A stretch of 64,000 nucleotides of DNA from the NCBI RefSeq assembly GCF_009914755.1, contig NC_060939.1; one strand, 5' to 3'. Origin of the DNA: the human T2T-CHM13v2.0 reference genome, Homo sapiens. Below, one piece after another: positions 16,929 to 28,275 of the stretch (positions within the stretch are counted from its first letter, which is position 1; each line of letters begins with the position of its first letter). The notes beneath the pieces were generated by a model. The model was not told the DNA's origin, ran no database searches, and was given only the letters and a program-made list of their open reading frames with translations. The translations under genes and the position numbers were made by a program.

Positions 16929-18262
16929 GTTGAAGATTAGATGGTTGTAGATGTGCAGTCTTATTTCTGAGTTCTCTGTCTTTTTTTTTTTAACTAGTAC
17001 CATGCTGTTTTAGTTACTATAGCCTTGTAGTATAGTTGGAAGCTGGTTAGCATGATGCCTCCAGCTTTGTTCTTTTCGCTTAGGATAGTCTTGGCTATTT
17101 GGGCTCTTTTTTGGTTCCATATAAACTTTAAAATAGCTTTTGCTAATTCTGTGAAGAATGTCAAAGATAGTTTAATGAAAATCGAATTGAATATATAAAT
17201 TACTTTGGGCAGTATGCCCATTTTCACAATATTCATTCTTTCTATCCATGAGCATGGAATGTTGTTCCATTTGTTTGTGTCCTCTCTGATTTCCTTGAGT
17301 GGTGGTTTGTAGTTCTCCTTGAAGAGGCCCTTCACTCCTTGTTAGCTGTATTCCTGGGTATTTTATTCTCTTCGTAGCAAATGTGAATGAGAGTTCACTC
17401 ATGAATTGGTTCTCTGCTTGTCTGTCATTGGTGTAAAGGAATGCTTGTGATTTTTGCACGCTGATTTTGCATCCTGAGAATTTGCTGAAGTTGCTTATCA
17501 GCTTAAGAAGCTTTTGGGCTGACAAGATGGGTTTTTTAGATACAGGATTATGTCATCTGCCAACAAAGGCAGTTTGACTTCTTGTCTTCCCATTTGAATA
17601 CCTTTATTTCTTTCTCTTGCCTGATTGCCCTGGCCAGAACTTCCAATACTATGTTGAATAGGAGTGGTAAGAGAGGGCATCCTTGTCTTGTGCCAGTTTT
17701 CAAAGCAAATGCTTCCAGCTTTTGCCCATTCAGTATAATTTTGGCTGTGGGTTTGTCATAAATGGCTCTTATTATTTTGAGGTATGTTCCTTCAATACCT
17801 AGTTTATTGAGAGTTTTTAACATGAAGAGATGTTGAATTTGATTGAAGGCCTTTTTGCATCTGTTGAGATAAGCACATGGTTTTTGTTTTTAGTTCTGTT
17901 TATTTGGTAAATTACATTTATTGATTTGTGTATGTTAAACCAACTTTGCATCTCAGGATGAAGCCAAGTTGATTGTCATGGGTAAGCTTTTTGTGTGCTG
18001 CTGGATTCAGTGCCAGCATTTTATTGAGGATTTTTGCATCAACGCTCATCAGAGATATTGACCTGAAGTTTTCATTTTTTGTCATTTCTCTTCTAGGTTC
18101 TGGTATCAGGATGAGAGTGGCCTCATAAAATGAGTTAGGGATGAGTCCATCCTTTTCAATTGCCTGGAGTAGTTTCAGAAGAAATGGTACCACCTCTTTT
18201 CTGTACCTCTGGTAGAATTCAGCTGTAAATCCATCTGATCCTGGGCTTTTATTGATTTGTAG
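16929..18262 (-). mobile_element. Second L1 ORF2 segment (L1P-like) without a 3' end
   Basis: Minus-strand ORF2 remnants at 16994-17335, 17548-17823 (GTRQGCPL) and 17918-18268 ([14 protein letters not shown]) cover the same ORF2 interval already present at about 15190-16590. Confidence 0.85.
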
Positions 18263-19575
18263 TGTCACAGGGTCCTTGGAGTGTCAATTTGCTAGCTGGA
18301 AACCTCTGTTGCCACCAGGACCTTCTGCTTGAGTATTGCTTATGACCACTTACCTTGTTCCATCCACTTGCCCCAGCCAACTGTGCTTGGCTTACGCCAC
18401 TGGCCCAGATCCTACACCAGCCAAGGACAAGCCAGGTGCAGAGTGGCAAGGGGTGTGTTGGAGAGCAAGCCTGGGGTCCAGCCACGGTGTAAAACCAAGC
18501 TGAGGCTGGCCGCTGAGGCAGGGCAGGCAGCTCCAGGCACCAGCACACATGTTGGCTCTGTGAGAAGGTGCAGCTGGACCAGATGTACTCCATGTGGCTT
18601 GCGCTGTAGGCACCTGTGTCTGGACAGAGGGATCATGGTGGTGCCTGGAAGCTTGGAGACATCAGAAACTGCAGAACTCCTTAAAGTGTGTCAGACCCCT
18701 GGCTCAGGGAGTCCCCAGGTCTGGGATCCTGGAGGGCAGCAGCTCTTCTCCTTCTCATTACCCACAGCGTGGCAAGCAGGGAAGGGTAGGGGGCATGTTT
18801 CAGCCCTGTTTATGTTACAACTCTTTTAGTCTCACCATTCAGTGGGTCCTGAGTCCTTATACTTTGTCCAGGAAGAATGAGGCACGCAAACAGCTGGAGG
18901 GTGAGCAGAGAAGAGCTTCGTGGAATGGCAGAATTGTTTTCAGGAGACCCAAAGTGGGTAGCTCCTTTCCTCAGGCAGATCGTTCTTATTTCTGTTTAAG
19001 TCTGGCTGAGTTCAGGTTTTTATGGGCTCAGAAGGGAGGAAGTGTGTGCTGATCGGTCCATGGATGGCCACGGGCGGGCCTGGAAAAAGCACCATAAGTT
19101 CTCACTCCTGGCTGTGGACTCCACCCAGAACTGGCAGCCCAGTCCCCAGGCTTCAAGCCATCCCTCGCTTGAAGGTGGGGTTTCACCACAGACCCAACCC
19201 TTTCCACCCTGGAGCCTGCCTGCTGCCATCAACGTACCATTCATGGCACCCAGGCTGCTTGTGCCAAGGGGCACCTGCCAGCCCATGCTGAGCCACCTGC
19301 AGCACCCCCTCCCTCCCTTCCTGAGCTCTTTGGTGCCTAAATCTTCAGAGGGAGACCGAGGGGGCAGGGGGGTAGTGTGTCAGGACTTCCCTGAGTGCAC
19401 ACACACCAGCCAAGTCATGACAGCATTCCAGGCTTGGCTTCAGCCTTGTTCCAAAAGTGGCCCCAGGGAGTGAGATCAGGCACTTCCAAACCTGTGGGGA
19501 CAAGGGGGCTTCCCGGGCCCCCAAGAGCTCAGGGATGCCCATGTCCAGCACCACAGCTAGGTGAGTACAGCTGTG
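18263..19575 (-). mobile_element. ERV1 LTR (MER52-like), truncated on the right
   Basis: Abrupt switch to GC-rich sequence beginning tgtcacagggtccttgg…ggaaacctctg, recalled as the reverse complement of the MER52 end. The other terminus is absent. Confidence 0.75.
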
Positions 19576-21253
19576 TCCAGACTACCACTGGTAATGTGCT
19601 GGGTCAGTCTTGAAGCCGGTATAGTACTGGGTCTTGCCCAAGGCCTGTCAACCACTGACTGGCTACCACCTATGTTCACTTAAGGCCCTGACGCTCCACA
19701 ATAAGCAGGTGGTAAGGCCAGCCAGGCTTGTGTCCTTCCCTTCAGGATAGTGAGTTCGCTCTCATTGCTGGTGGGTCCAGAGATGCCATCCAGGAGCTGG
19801 AGTCTGAAGTCAGAAACTTTAGGAATCTACCTGGTGCTCTATTCTCCTGCAGCTGAGCTGGTACCTCAACCGTGCTACAAAGTCCTACTCACTTTCCATC
19901 TCCTTTCCATATAAGAAGACGTGTCTCTCCCCATAGTCACCACTGCCCTAGGCCCATAGTGAGTACTGCCTGGCTACAGTCAGCGTTCATTCAAGGCCCA
20001 AGACCTCTTTCGTCAGCTTGTGGTGAATACTGCCAAGCCTGGAGTTCTTTTTTCAAAGCAATGTGCTCCCATCTGGCCCAGGGAAGGTCCAGAAATGCTG
20101 TCCAAAAGCCAAGGCATGGAATCAGGGACCCCAAGAACTCTGGGTGCTGTACCCCACTGTGGCCAAGCTGGTACCTAAGCTGCAAGACAAAATCTCCTTC
20201 ACCCTTTTCTCTCCGTTTCTCAAGCAGAATGGGTCTCTCCCCATTGCCATCACAGCTGGGAATGTGCTTGGTTACACCAAAGCCAGCATGTCTCTGAGTC
20301 TCACCCAAGGCCCATGGCGAGTACTACCTGGCTACGGCTCCTGATTATTCAGGGACCTAGGGTATTTTAGTCAGCAGGTAATGAATCCTGCCAGGACTGG
20401 ATTCTTCCCTTCAAGGCAGCAGGTTCCCTTCTGGCCTAGGGTGTGCCTAGAACTGTTGTCTAAGAGCCATGGCCTGGAATGGGAGTCTCAGAACTCTGAT
20501 TCCTTATTCTGCTATGGCTGTGCTGGGTTCCAAGTTGCAAGACAAAGTCCTCTTGCTCTTCCCTCTCCCCTCCTTTCCTCAAGAAAAGGGAAAGTGTCTA
20601 TCCCAGACCTGTGAGCTGTGCTGCCTGGGGTTGGGGAAATGGGTGGTACAAAGTCTCCCTGAGCCACCTAGATGGTGTATCTCTAGTTCATTTGCCCAAG
20701 TCCACTGGCTCTAAGCATAGCACAGCACGAGGATTTTCAGTCCTTGTACCTAGACTGCCTTTCAAGTTTATTTAGGACCCAACAGCATTGTAGCCTTTTA
20801 GTGGTGAGGCTTGTCAGAACTCAGGATCCAACTGCTGGGATGGGCTAGTCCCCACTTGCTAGGGCTGGTGTAAATGCTCCTTCTGTGGGCACTGGCTGAG
20901 TTCTGCCTGTTGTTGCTTTCTGCTGTGACAGGACAGCATTGAGTTCCAATGTTCCAACGCAAAGTCCTGCAATTACTGCACTCTCTCTCCCTCAAGCACT
21001 CAGATTCTCTTTCCATGCCATGTGGTCACTGCCAAGGGATCAGTGAGGGGTGGCATCAGTAATTATACGGTGTCATTCCGATTCTCTCCAGTGCCTCTTT
21101 TAGTGATATGAAGTTAAAACCAAGTATTATAATTGCTCACCTGATTTTTGGTTCTTATGAAGGTGTTTTTTGGTGGATGCTTGTTCAATTTGGTGTTCCT
21201 GTGGAGAAGATGATTGCTAGAGGCTTCTATTCAGCCATGTTGCTCCACTTCCT
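19576..21253 (-). mobile_element. L1 (L1M-type) 5' UTR with three degenerate internal monomers
   Basis: Ends with gcttctattcagccatgttgctccacttcc (reverse complement of the L1M start ggaagtggagcaacatggctgaatagaagc). A gctggtacc…caagacaaa-like motif recurs near 19855, 20165 and 20520. Confidence 0.78.
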
Positions 21254-21269
21254 TGAAAGCTGACAGTCT

Positions 21270-22208
21270 TTTTATTTTTAATCACCTTACCATTTGTTGA
21301 TTATTATTTTTAAATGATTGGAATAATTGTACGTATTTATCATGTACAGCTTTATATTTTGAAGTTCATTTACATTGTGAAATGGCAAAATCTAGCTGAT
21401 TAACATATGTGTTACCTCACATAGTTATATTTATGGGGTGAGTACACTTAACATCCACTCCATTAGCATTTTTCCAGAATACAGTATATTGTTATGAACT
21501 ATATTCACCCTATTTACAATAGATCTCTTAAACTCATTCCTCCTGTGTAACTAATTTTCTGTATCTTTTGACCAATATCTCCCTAACCTCCCCTTCCCTG
21601 CCATCCACCTCTTGTAACTACCACTCTATTCCCTAGTTCTGAGATCAACATTTTTAGGTTGCACATGTCATCAAGATCATGTGGTATTTGTGTTTCTATG
21701 GATGGCTTATTTCACTTAACATAATGTCCTTCAGGTTCATCCATTGTCACAAATTGTAGGGTTTTTTTTTAAGACTGACTAGTATTCTATTGTGTATATA
21801 TGCCACATTTTCTTTATCCATTAATCCACTGATAGACACTTAGGTTGATTTCATACCCTGGCTATATTGTGAATAATGTGGCAATAAATATAGGAGCGAA
21901 CATATTTTTTCAACATATTGATTTCATTTTATGTGAATATACACCCGTTGGTAGGAGTAATGAATTATATGGTAGTTCTGTTTTTTACTTATTTGAGGAA
22001 TCTACACCTCGTTTTCCACAATGGCTGTATTAATTTACATTCCCAACAACAATGTGCAAAGGTCCCTTTTTCTCCATAGCATCACCAACACTTGTTATCT
22101 TTTATTATTTTCATGATAACTCTTGTATCACTTGTGAGGTGATATTTCATTGTGGTTTAATTTTGCATTTCAGTAATAATTAGTTGTATTGTGTATTTTT
22201 TTATATCC
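21270..22208 (-). mobile_element. 5'-truncated old L1 (L1MA-like) 3' end
   Basis: …ataattgtacgtatttatcatgtacagc…aatagatctcttaaactcattcctcc… followed by the ORF2 C-terminal region in minus orientation. Confidence 0.8.
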
Positions 22209-22589
22209 TGCTTGATAGTTTTCACGTGATATTTTCATGGTGTCTTCTCAAATTTCTTTTGCAATCTGTATACATTCAATATGTTATCAGTCAATTTTGA
22301 GTGAAAATAATAATCTCTACTTAATCAGTAAAATCAACTTTTATTTTCTTTATCTAAATATGAAGTGTCTTAAAATTACAGAACATATGTAATTTGTATA
22401 CTCTATTTTGCATTTATTTTATAACAAGACAATTAACTGAACCTGAGTCAAGGCACATAGCAATATACTGTACATCTCAGATTTTATTAAATTCAGTAAA
22501 CTCATTTTAATATCATTATGGAAAGAACTGAGAAACAAAAGAAAACCACTGAAAATATTTAAAGTATGTTGGCTAAGAGTGTATATTTT

Positions 22590-22740
22590 AAAGGTCTCGC
22601 TACAAAAAATAAGTGAGGTGACAAGTATGTTAATTAACTTGATTTAATCAGCCCACATTGCCTACCTATATCAAAACATCACATTGTACCCCATAAATGT
22701 GTATAGTTATGATGTTAATTAAAATATTAATAAAAACTTT
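22590..22740 (+). mobile_element. Short L1MA-type 3' end fragment
   Basis: gaggtgacaagtatgttaattaacttgatttaatc…tatatcaaaacatcacattgtaccccataaat…aataaaaa. Confidence 0.7.
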
Positions 22741-23239
22741 GTAATAGAGCTGATATTGAATTTGAGCATGCTTGATTTAGACTTTAAAATAATATCCATT
22801 TTGTCATTTTATGCAGCCATTGACTTTCCAACTACTTCCATCGATGTCTTCAGTTTTTTATCCTGTCTGTAATGCCTATAGTCTAATAAGTCTTTATTCC
22901 TAAGAAGAACACTCGAATACTTGGGCAGGGGTCATTTGAGGAATACTGAGGCTATTTTGTACAATGAAACAGGGTTGTGATCTGAAGATAATACTTTCCT
23001 GAAATACATTGAAAAAATATCCAAATGATGGCAACATCCCTGGATCAACTGGTACATGTGTCTTATTTCTTCTTAGCAAAATGCTTATTGATTATTAAGA
23101 ACATTAAGTCTGAGGTAAAATGATCCTGCAGTGGAAATCAATCTCTGCAATATATTAGTTTCATTAAATACAAAATAATATTAATTGTAGACCTCAGTTC
23201 ATATGAGTTTTAGAGATATAGGATATCCCAATCAGATAA

Positions 23240-23470
23240 GCAGTGGAGCACGGTAAGTCATAAACTGTGGGCTCAAACCTTGGCACTGCCATTTCAGATC
23301 TTAATAATGACCTTGGGTATGATTTTGAAGGATTCTATGTCTTCATTTTCTTATTTATAAAATGAGAGAAATAATTGTACCTATACCTCATAAGATTTAA
23401 AAAAATAAAATGAGTTAACATAAGTAAAGTGCTTAGAATAATAAGCACTCTGTAAATGTTGGGTACAAAT
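23240..23470 (+). mobile_element. MIR SINE
   Basis: tgaccttggg…cttcattttcttatttataaaatgagagaaataat…taaagtgcttagaa matches the MIR core. Confidence 0.7.
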
Positions 23471-26055
23471 ATTAGCATTATATCTGTCACCTAATAAGCA
23501 CCAAAAAAAATTAGTTATCCTTAGTGAGTTTTCTGTCTACAGTCAATGACGTCTTAAAACAATCAACTATACCTAAAAGGGCTGAAATGAAACAGCTTCT
23601 TTTCTTATCAGACCTTACCTTTAGAGTTACTTGTCTGCTATGGTCTGTTCTGATAACTTCATCTGACTTCTTGTTCATCAAGTCTAGACAGTTTCTTCTG
23701 GATTTTAACTGTGGTGCATGAACTTAAGATCTTGCCTAGAAAGTAAATGATTTATTTATATATGAATATTTCTACTATTTACTAGTTTGTGTTACTTAAT
23801 CTCTCCAAGATCGCTCCTGGTAAGAAGCCTCCCAATAAACATTACAAAAATAGTTTGCATTTATGTAGACCTTATCTATATTTATCAAGTGCTTCTCTAT
23901 TCATGAGGTGAGGTCAGTAAGGTAGACTGTTTTCGAAGTCATGGTTTGTGATAAAATTTTATATTATTACTTGATGGATAGGCTTATCAAAGTTTCTTGT
24001 AGTAATGATGAAAATATAAAAGTATAAGGAAACATAACCTGAGAAGGCTATGTTTTGAGGCTATCTGTGAAGGTTGAGAAAGTGTTTTCATTGTCTTGCA
24101 ATTTTCCAAATTATAAAATGTAAGTTCAGTGAAATTCAGTGGTAAACTCAAAAGAGGCAGAGATGAATTTTGGATACATGTCTGCTCACTTGGGCTTGTT
24201 ATTCTGCAGTGCTCATATTTGTCCTAGGTCCTTGGATATCTCTGCTCTGATGAGATAAGCATAGGAGTGAAGTGTCAGGCCCAATAATGCACATGCTTAT
24301 AACTGATTCCCAAATTTGTGGGTAAATAAGTTCGATTCAAGATTCTGGGTGTACTTTGAAAATTTGAATTAAGTTTCATGGAAAGGAAACCATAAAAGAA
24401 ATAATGGTTACTGATAAAAGAAAATTCACAACTCATTTATATAACACTTTGCAGTTTATAAATCAGTTTCTCAACCATCATCTGAATTGAATGTGTTTCT
24501 TTACATAGCTATGAAAGTTGCATTATTTAGAAGTCAAAACATTTCAAAATACTTGAAGGTTTATAGTTAACATGATTAATAGGTACTGTAATGGGAAAAT
24601 ATTTATTCATGCATGTTTTAGTTCATTATTGATACTGTTCACAGAGGAGAGAAAGTAGAAACTACTTGGAATGATAGCCTAATATTGGAGCACATGAAAC
24701 TGGAAGAATCCTTCTAGATACCCATTCACTTAGCCTTTTTCCATGTATTTGATGTTTTGAATGTGGAAGGGTCAAGTATGAATTGGCAGGGGGTGGGAAG
24801 GAATATGGAAAGATGACAGGAGGGAAGCAAGAAGTTACTGATGGAGTAGTGCTGTGTATTCTGAAGGTGGGGCTTAAGAAAAAAAGTTTATCATTCTTTT
24901 CCCTTTTCTACTCCACAGTCTCTTGACATTCAAAAGAGTATGTCACCAATGATTCTTTCTTGTGATGTACATTCTCAAACTTTGACTCACTGTGACTAGC
25001 ACAGCCCTTAACCTAGAGAGTGTTAATTGTCATTATTCTGGGCAATGAGGGAAATCATATTAGCTATTTTATCATAGAATTAGTGGAGAAAGGGGTCTTT
25101 TAAATGTCACCTTTCTCCCTGAACACATTCTCTTCAGTTCTTTTCTTCTCTCTTTTCTTCCATCTTTCTTGACCTCTGCTTCACACGTATTCTATTTCTT
25201 TATGATCAAAATTAAGGGGGACATTTAGTTGAAGTGCACGACTCTGAAAATAATTTGCTCATCCTTGACATCTTTCTTACACATTTGCAATGGTTTTAAT
25301 ATTTCACGCTCACTGCATTTGATCCTCACTTCCAAATATATGTTATGGCATCATTACTATGCATTTATTAATTCATTTTATCTTTATTACTACTTTGTTT
25401 TCATTTCTATTGACATGAATTTTATGACACATTTAGTTACTTGTTAGTAGTACCATGTTAGTAGTAGTGGATAACTGAAGAAGTGTTGGAGTTAGGCTCA
25501 TGACGACTAAGAAAAATCCATTAAGACTAAGTTTCCTTATATTAAGCTAAGCAGCAAGAACATAGAGGCCATCTCTCTGCTGACGGAAAACTGGACTATA
25601 AAATGCTATTAATCTGTCATTAGCCTTTGTAGCCTGTTGCAATGACAGAGATGCCTAGCTATTACCGAGGGGCATGAACTGTGTTGTTCATGGTGAATAA
25701 GCTGACCATGGGCAAGAGGTCAGCAAGGGGTTTTGTAGTTCAAGTAAGCATAAGGAGAAGCTATCATCAGTAATATTAGCATCTTGTTGGTTATATTAAA
25801 TGACTGGATTTAATGCAATAAAAAGTCAAATTCAATGTATCAAACTCATTCCAGAGAAACAAATGTTAATACCTCTTAGAAAATTATTTTAATTGCAAAA
25901 TAATACATGCCTATTTAAAAACTGAATATTATCAAGTTTATAACAGGGATTTTTCTCTTTCTCTCACCCATTTTCACTCCACAGAGGTAACTACAGTTAT
26001 CAATTTCATAATTATTTTTCTAGATATTTTATGTGCGTTCATAAACATATATATA

Positions 26056-26117
26056 TAAGTTTAGTACACTCCCATGTCAGTATATATATATATATATATG
26101 GGAGTGTACTAAACTTA
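26056..26117. repeat. Perfect 20-bp inverted repeat around a 22-nt, mostly (TA)n spacer
   Basis: taagtttagtacactcccat (26056-26075) is the exact reverse complement of atgggagtgtactaaactta (26098-26117). Confidence 0.97.
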
Positions 26118-26869
26118 CTAATACGCAAACTTGCTTTTTTTCACTAAACATCTTATGGGTATTTTTTATGTATGCGCACATATATTTACCTGTTTCACTT
26201 TAATTATTCTTCCCATTGATTCATTTAATCAATATGCTATTGATGAACATGTAAATAACCTAGCTTTTATTGCTATTATTTAAAGATGCAATAAACATCG
26301 TTCTACAACTACTTATTTTAATTCTGTGCATTTACCTGTAGGATGAATTCAGATAAGGGGAACTTGCGGTATAAGGGTAATTACCAATATCTTAAATATG
26401 TCCATGACTCCTTGAGACATTATTCTGGAGTTTAATTTGTGAAGCAGAAGCACACAATAACTGGTATTTTTATAATGAAGGTAATTTATTTAGCACCATA
26501 GCCAGACCAAACTTGCACCAAAAATGGTTTGCTTCTGTTTCCTCCTGGAGGTAAGAAGTTCCACAGATCTTACATTTTGATTCTTTCCTCTGTGATACTA
26601 ACAGGAAACAGTGTGTCCATCCAGGCCATGTATATCTTAAATTTTCAACTATCCAAGAAGATGAGTCGTCAGCAAATGTGGTAGCTACAGTCTTTTTTCC
26701 TCACTCAACAAAGTCCTAGAAGCTTGTATCTTTGCAGCTTTGTGAATCGTTTGAAAACTATGGTATCCAGGTCATCTTTTTCACAGACTTTATACCATGA
26801 ACAGTGGATGTTTTTCTTACAAGAAGTCATTTTACCCATTGCAATTATTGGTTTTATTTTGTCTTTCAG

Positions 26870-26948
26870 GGCTGGAGGTGGACTTTATGGTATTGACAGC
26901 ATGCCGGATCTTCGCAGAAAAAAAACTTTGCCTATTGTCCGAGATGTG
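26870..26948 (+). CDS. UNC13C: UNC13C (Munc13-3) internal coding exon, (x)[26 protein letters not shown]
   Basis: Polypyrimidine tract plus tttcag acceptor ending 26869; donor GTG|gtaagt at 26949. 79 nt (1 nt + 26 codons). The peptide matches the conserved Munc13 [15 protein letters not shown] motif that precedes C1. Confidence 0.95.
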
Positions 26949-27444
26949 GTAAGTTACAACTGTTTAATTCTCTTCGATTGCATGTGTGGTTTTTTTCCTT
27001 ACTAAAATGTAATGTCCTTCTCATTCACTGTCTAGCCTGTAAATATTCCATGGAATAAAAATATATGAGGCCAGATGCTACCTGCTGTTATATTTATTAT
27101 TATTTCTTTAAAATCTATTAGATGGAGGAGATAACTCAAACCTTTGATAGCTTTTGATATAAGTGGAAATTACAATTAAGTGACTATGACCCTAATAATT
27201 GGAGCAAAAAGAAATCACACAGCATACCAAGCAAGTGAATAGGCTTTGATGTGTTTAGTGTTATGAATGACCAGAAGTTTAATTCACAATGCTTGAGGCT
27301 TTATTTAAACTTCTTCACCTTAATACAGTGGACCTGAATACTTTATACAGCAAGCAGATAACATTAATCAACTCTTCATTTTATTATATTAAAGTCAATT
27401 CTAGCTAAATTAATAAGCTCTTCTATTTAAAGAAAATCATGGTT

Positions 27445-27720
27445 CACTTTGGGAGGCCGAGGCGGGCGGATCATGAGGTCAGGAGATCAAGACCATCCTG
27501 GCTAACATGGTGAAACGCTGTCTCTACTAAAAATACAAAAAATTAACTGGAGTGGTTGTGGGCACCTGTAGTCCCAGCTACTCTGGAGGCTGAGGCAGGA
27601 GAATGGCGTGAACCCGGGAGGCGGAGCTTGCGTGAGCCGAGATTGCGCCACTGCACTCCAGCCTGCGTGACAGAGCGAGACTCCGTCTCAAAAATAAAAA
27701 TAAAAATAATAAAAAAGAAG
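27445..27720 (+). mobile_element. AluY-like SINE, about 30 nt 5'-truncated, sense to the gene
   Basis: AluY diagnostics (accatcctggctaac, gaatggcgtgaacccgggaggcggagcttgc); TSD agaaaa(t/c)catggtt at 27431-27444 and 27721-27734. Confidence 0.93.
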
Positions 27721-28269
27721 AGAAAACCATGGTTTTCAAGTTATTAACATCATTATTACTTCTGATCATGACTCTGAATAAATCTGTTTCCTATATTGAA
27801 ATATGCTGCAGCCACCTTGATAAATGCAAAAAATTGACCATGGCCTACATTAGATTGTAAAAAAAAAAAAATCATCGTGAAAAAGTGTCTCTTCTATCAT
27901 CCAAAATATCTTCACATTTTATGGGCATATTTTTAATATTATATGTGATATGAAAAATATATTTTCCCCCATAAAAAGTAAATTTTCTTTCAGCAACAAC
28001 GTACATAACTTTTTACATCAGTAATTTTTAATTTTGCTAAGAAAGCCTTCATCTGAAGGCCACCACTTTGGTTTTAAAATATGATCCTGACTGAAAAGAT
28101 CTTATACTGGAAAGTATAACATGTCAGTACATTTAGTTCAAATTTCTGTCTTCACTATGTGGAAATAATTGTAAAGTGTTAGGCTAATTTAACATTGTTA
28201 TACTCTTTTCCTACCTTTCATGTATCTAATTATTTACATTTTGTTTCCTCTCACTTCTGGAATCTTCAG

Positions 28270-28275
28270 GCCATG
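28270..28275 (+). CDS. UNC13C: UNC13C 6-nt microexon GCCATG (Ala-Met)
   Basis: cttcag|GCCATG|gtaagt with a consensus donor, CTAAT branch-like motif at 28226-28230 and no AG between 28183 and 28267. Inclusion gives ...RDV-AM-TLAARK..., matching the Munc13 D(L/V)AM(S/T)L motif. Phase 0/0. Confidence 0.88.

Noticed and set aside
18249-20714. Dense cluster of overlapping 70-166 aa ORFs on both strands
   Set aside because: They lie in GC-rich LTR and L1 5' UTR sequence where stop codons are rare; no recognisable protein motifs or exon structure.
26724-27005. 93-aa ORF with a hydrophobic, membrane-like stretch before the exon
   Set aside because: The hydrophobic part is the translated polypyrimidine tract; only 26870-26948 is bounded by splice sites.
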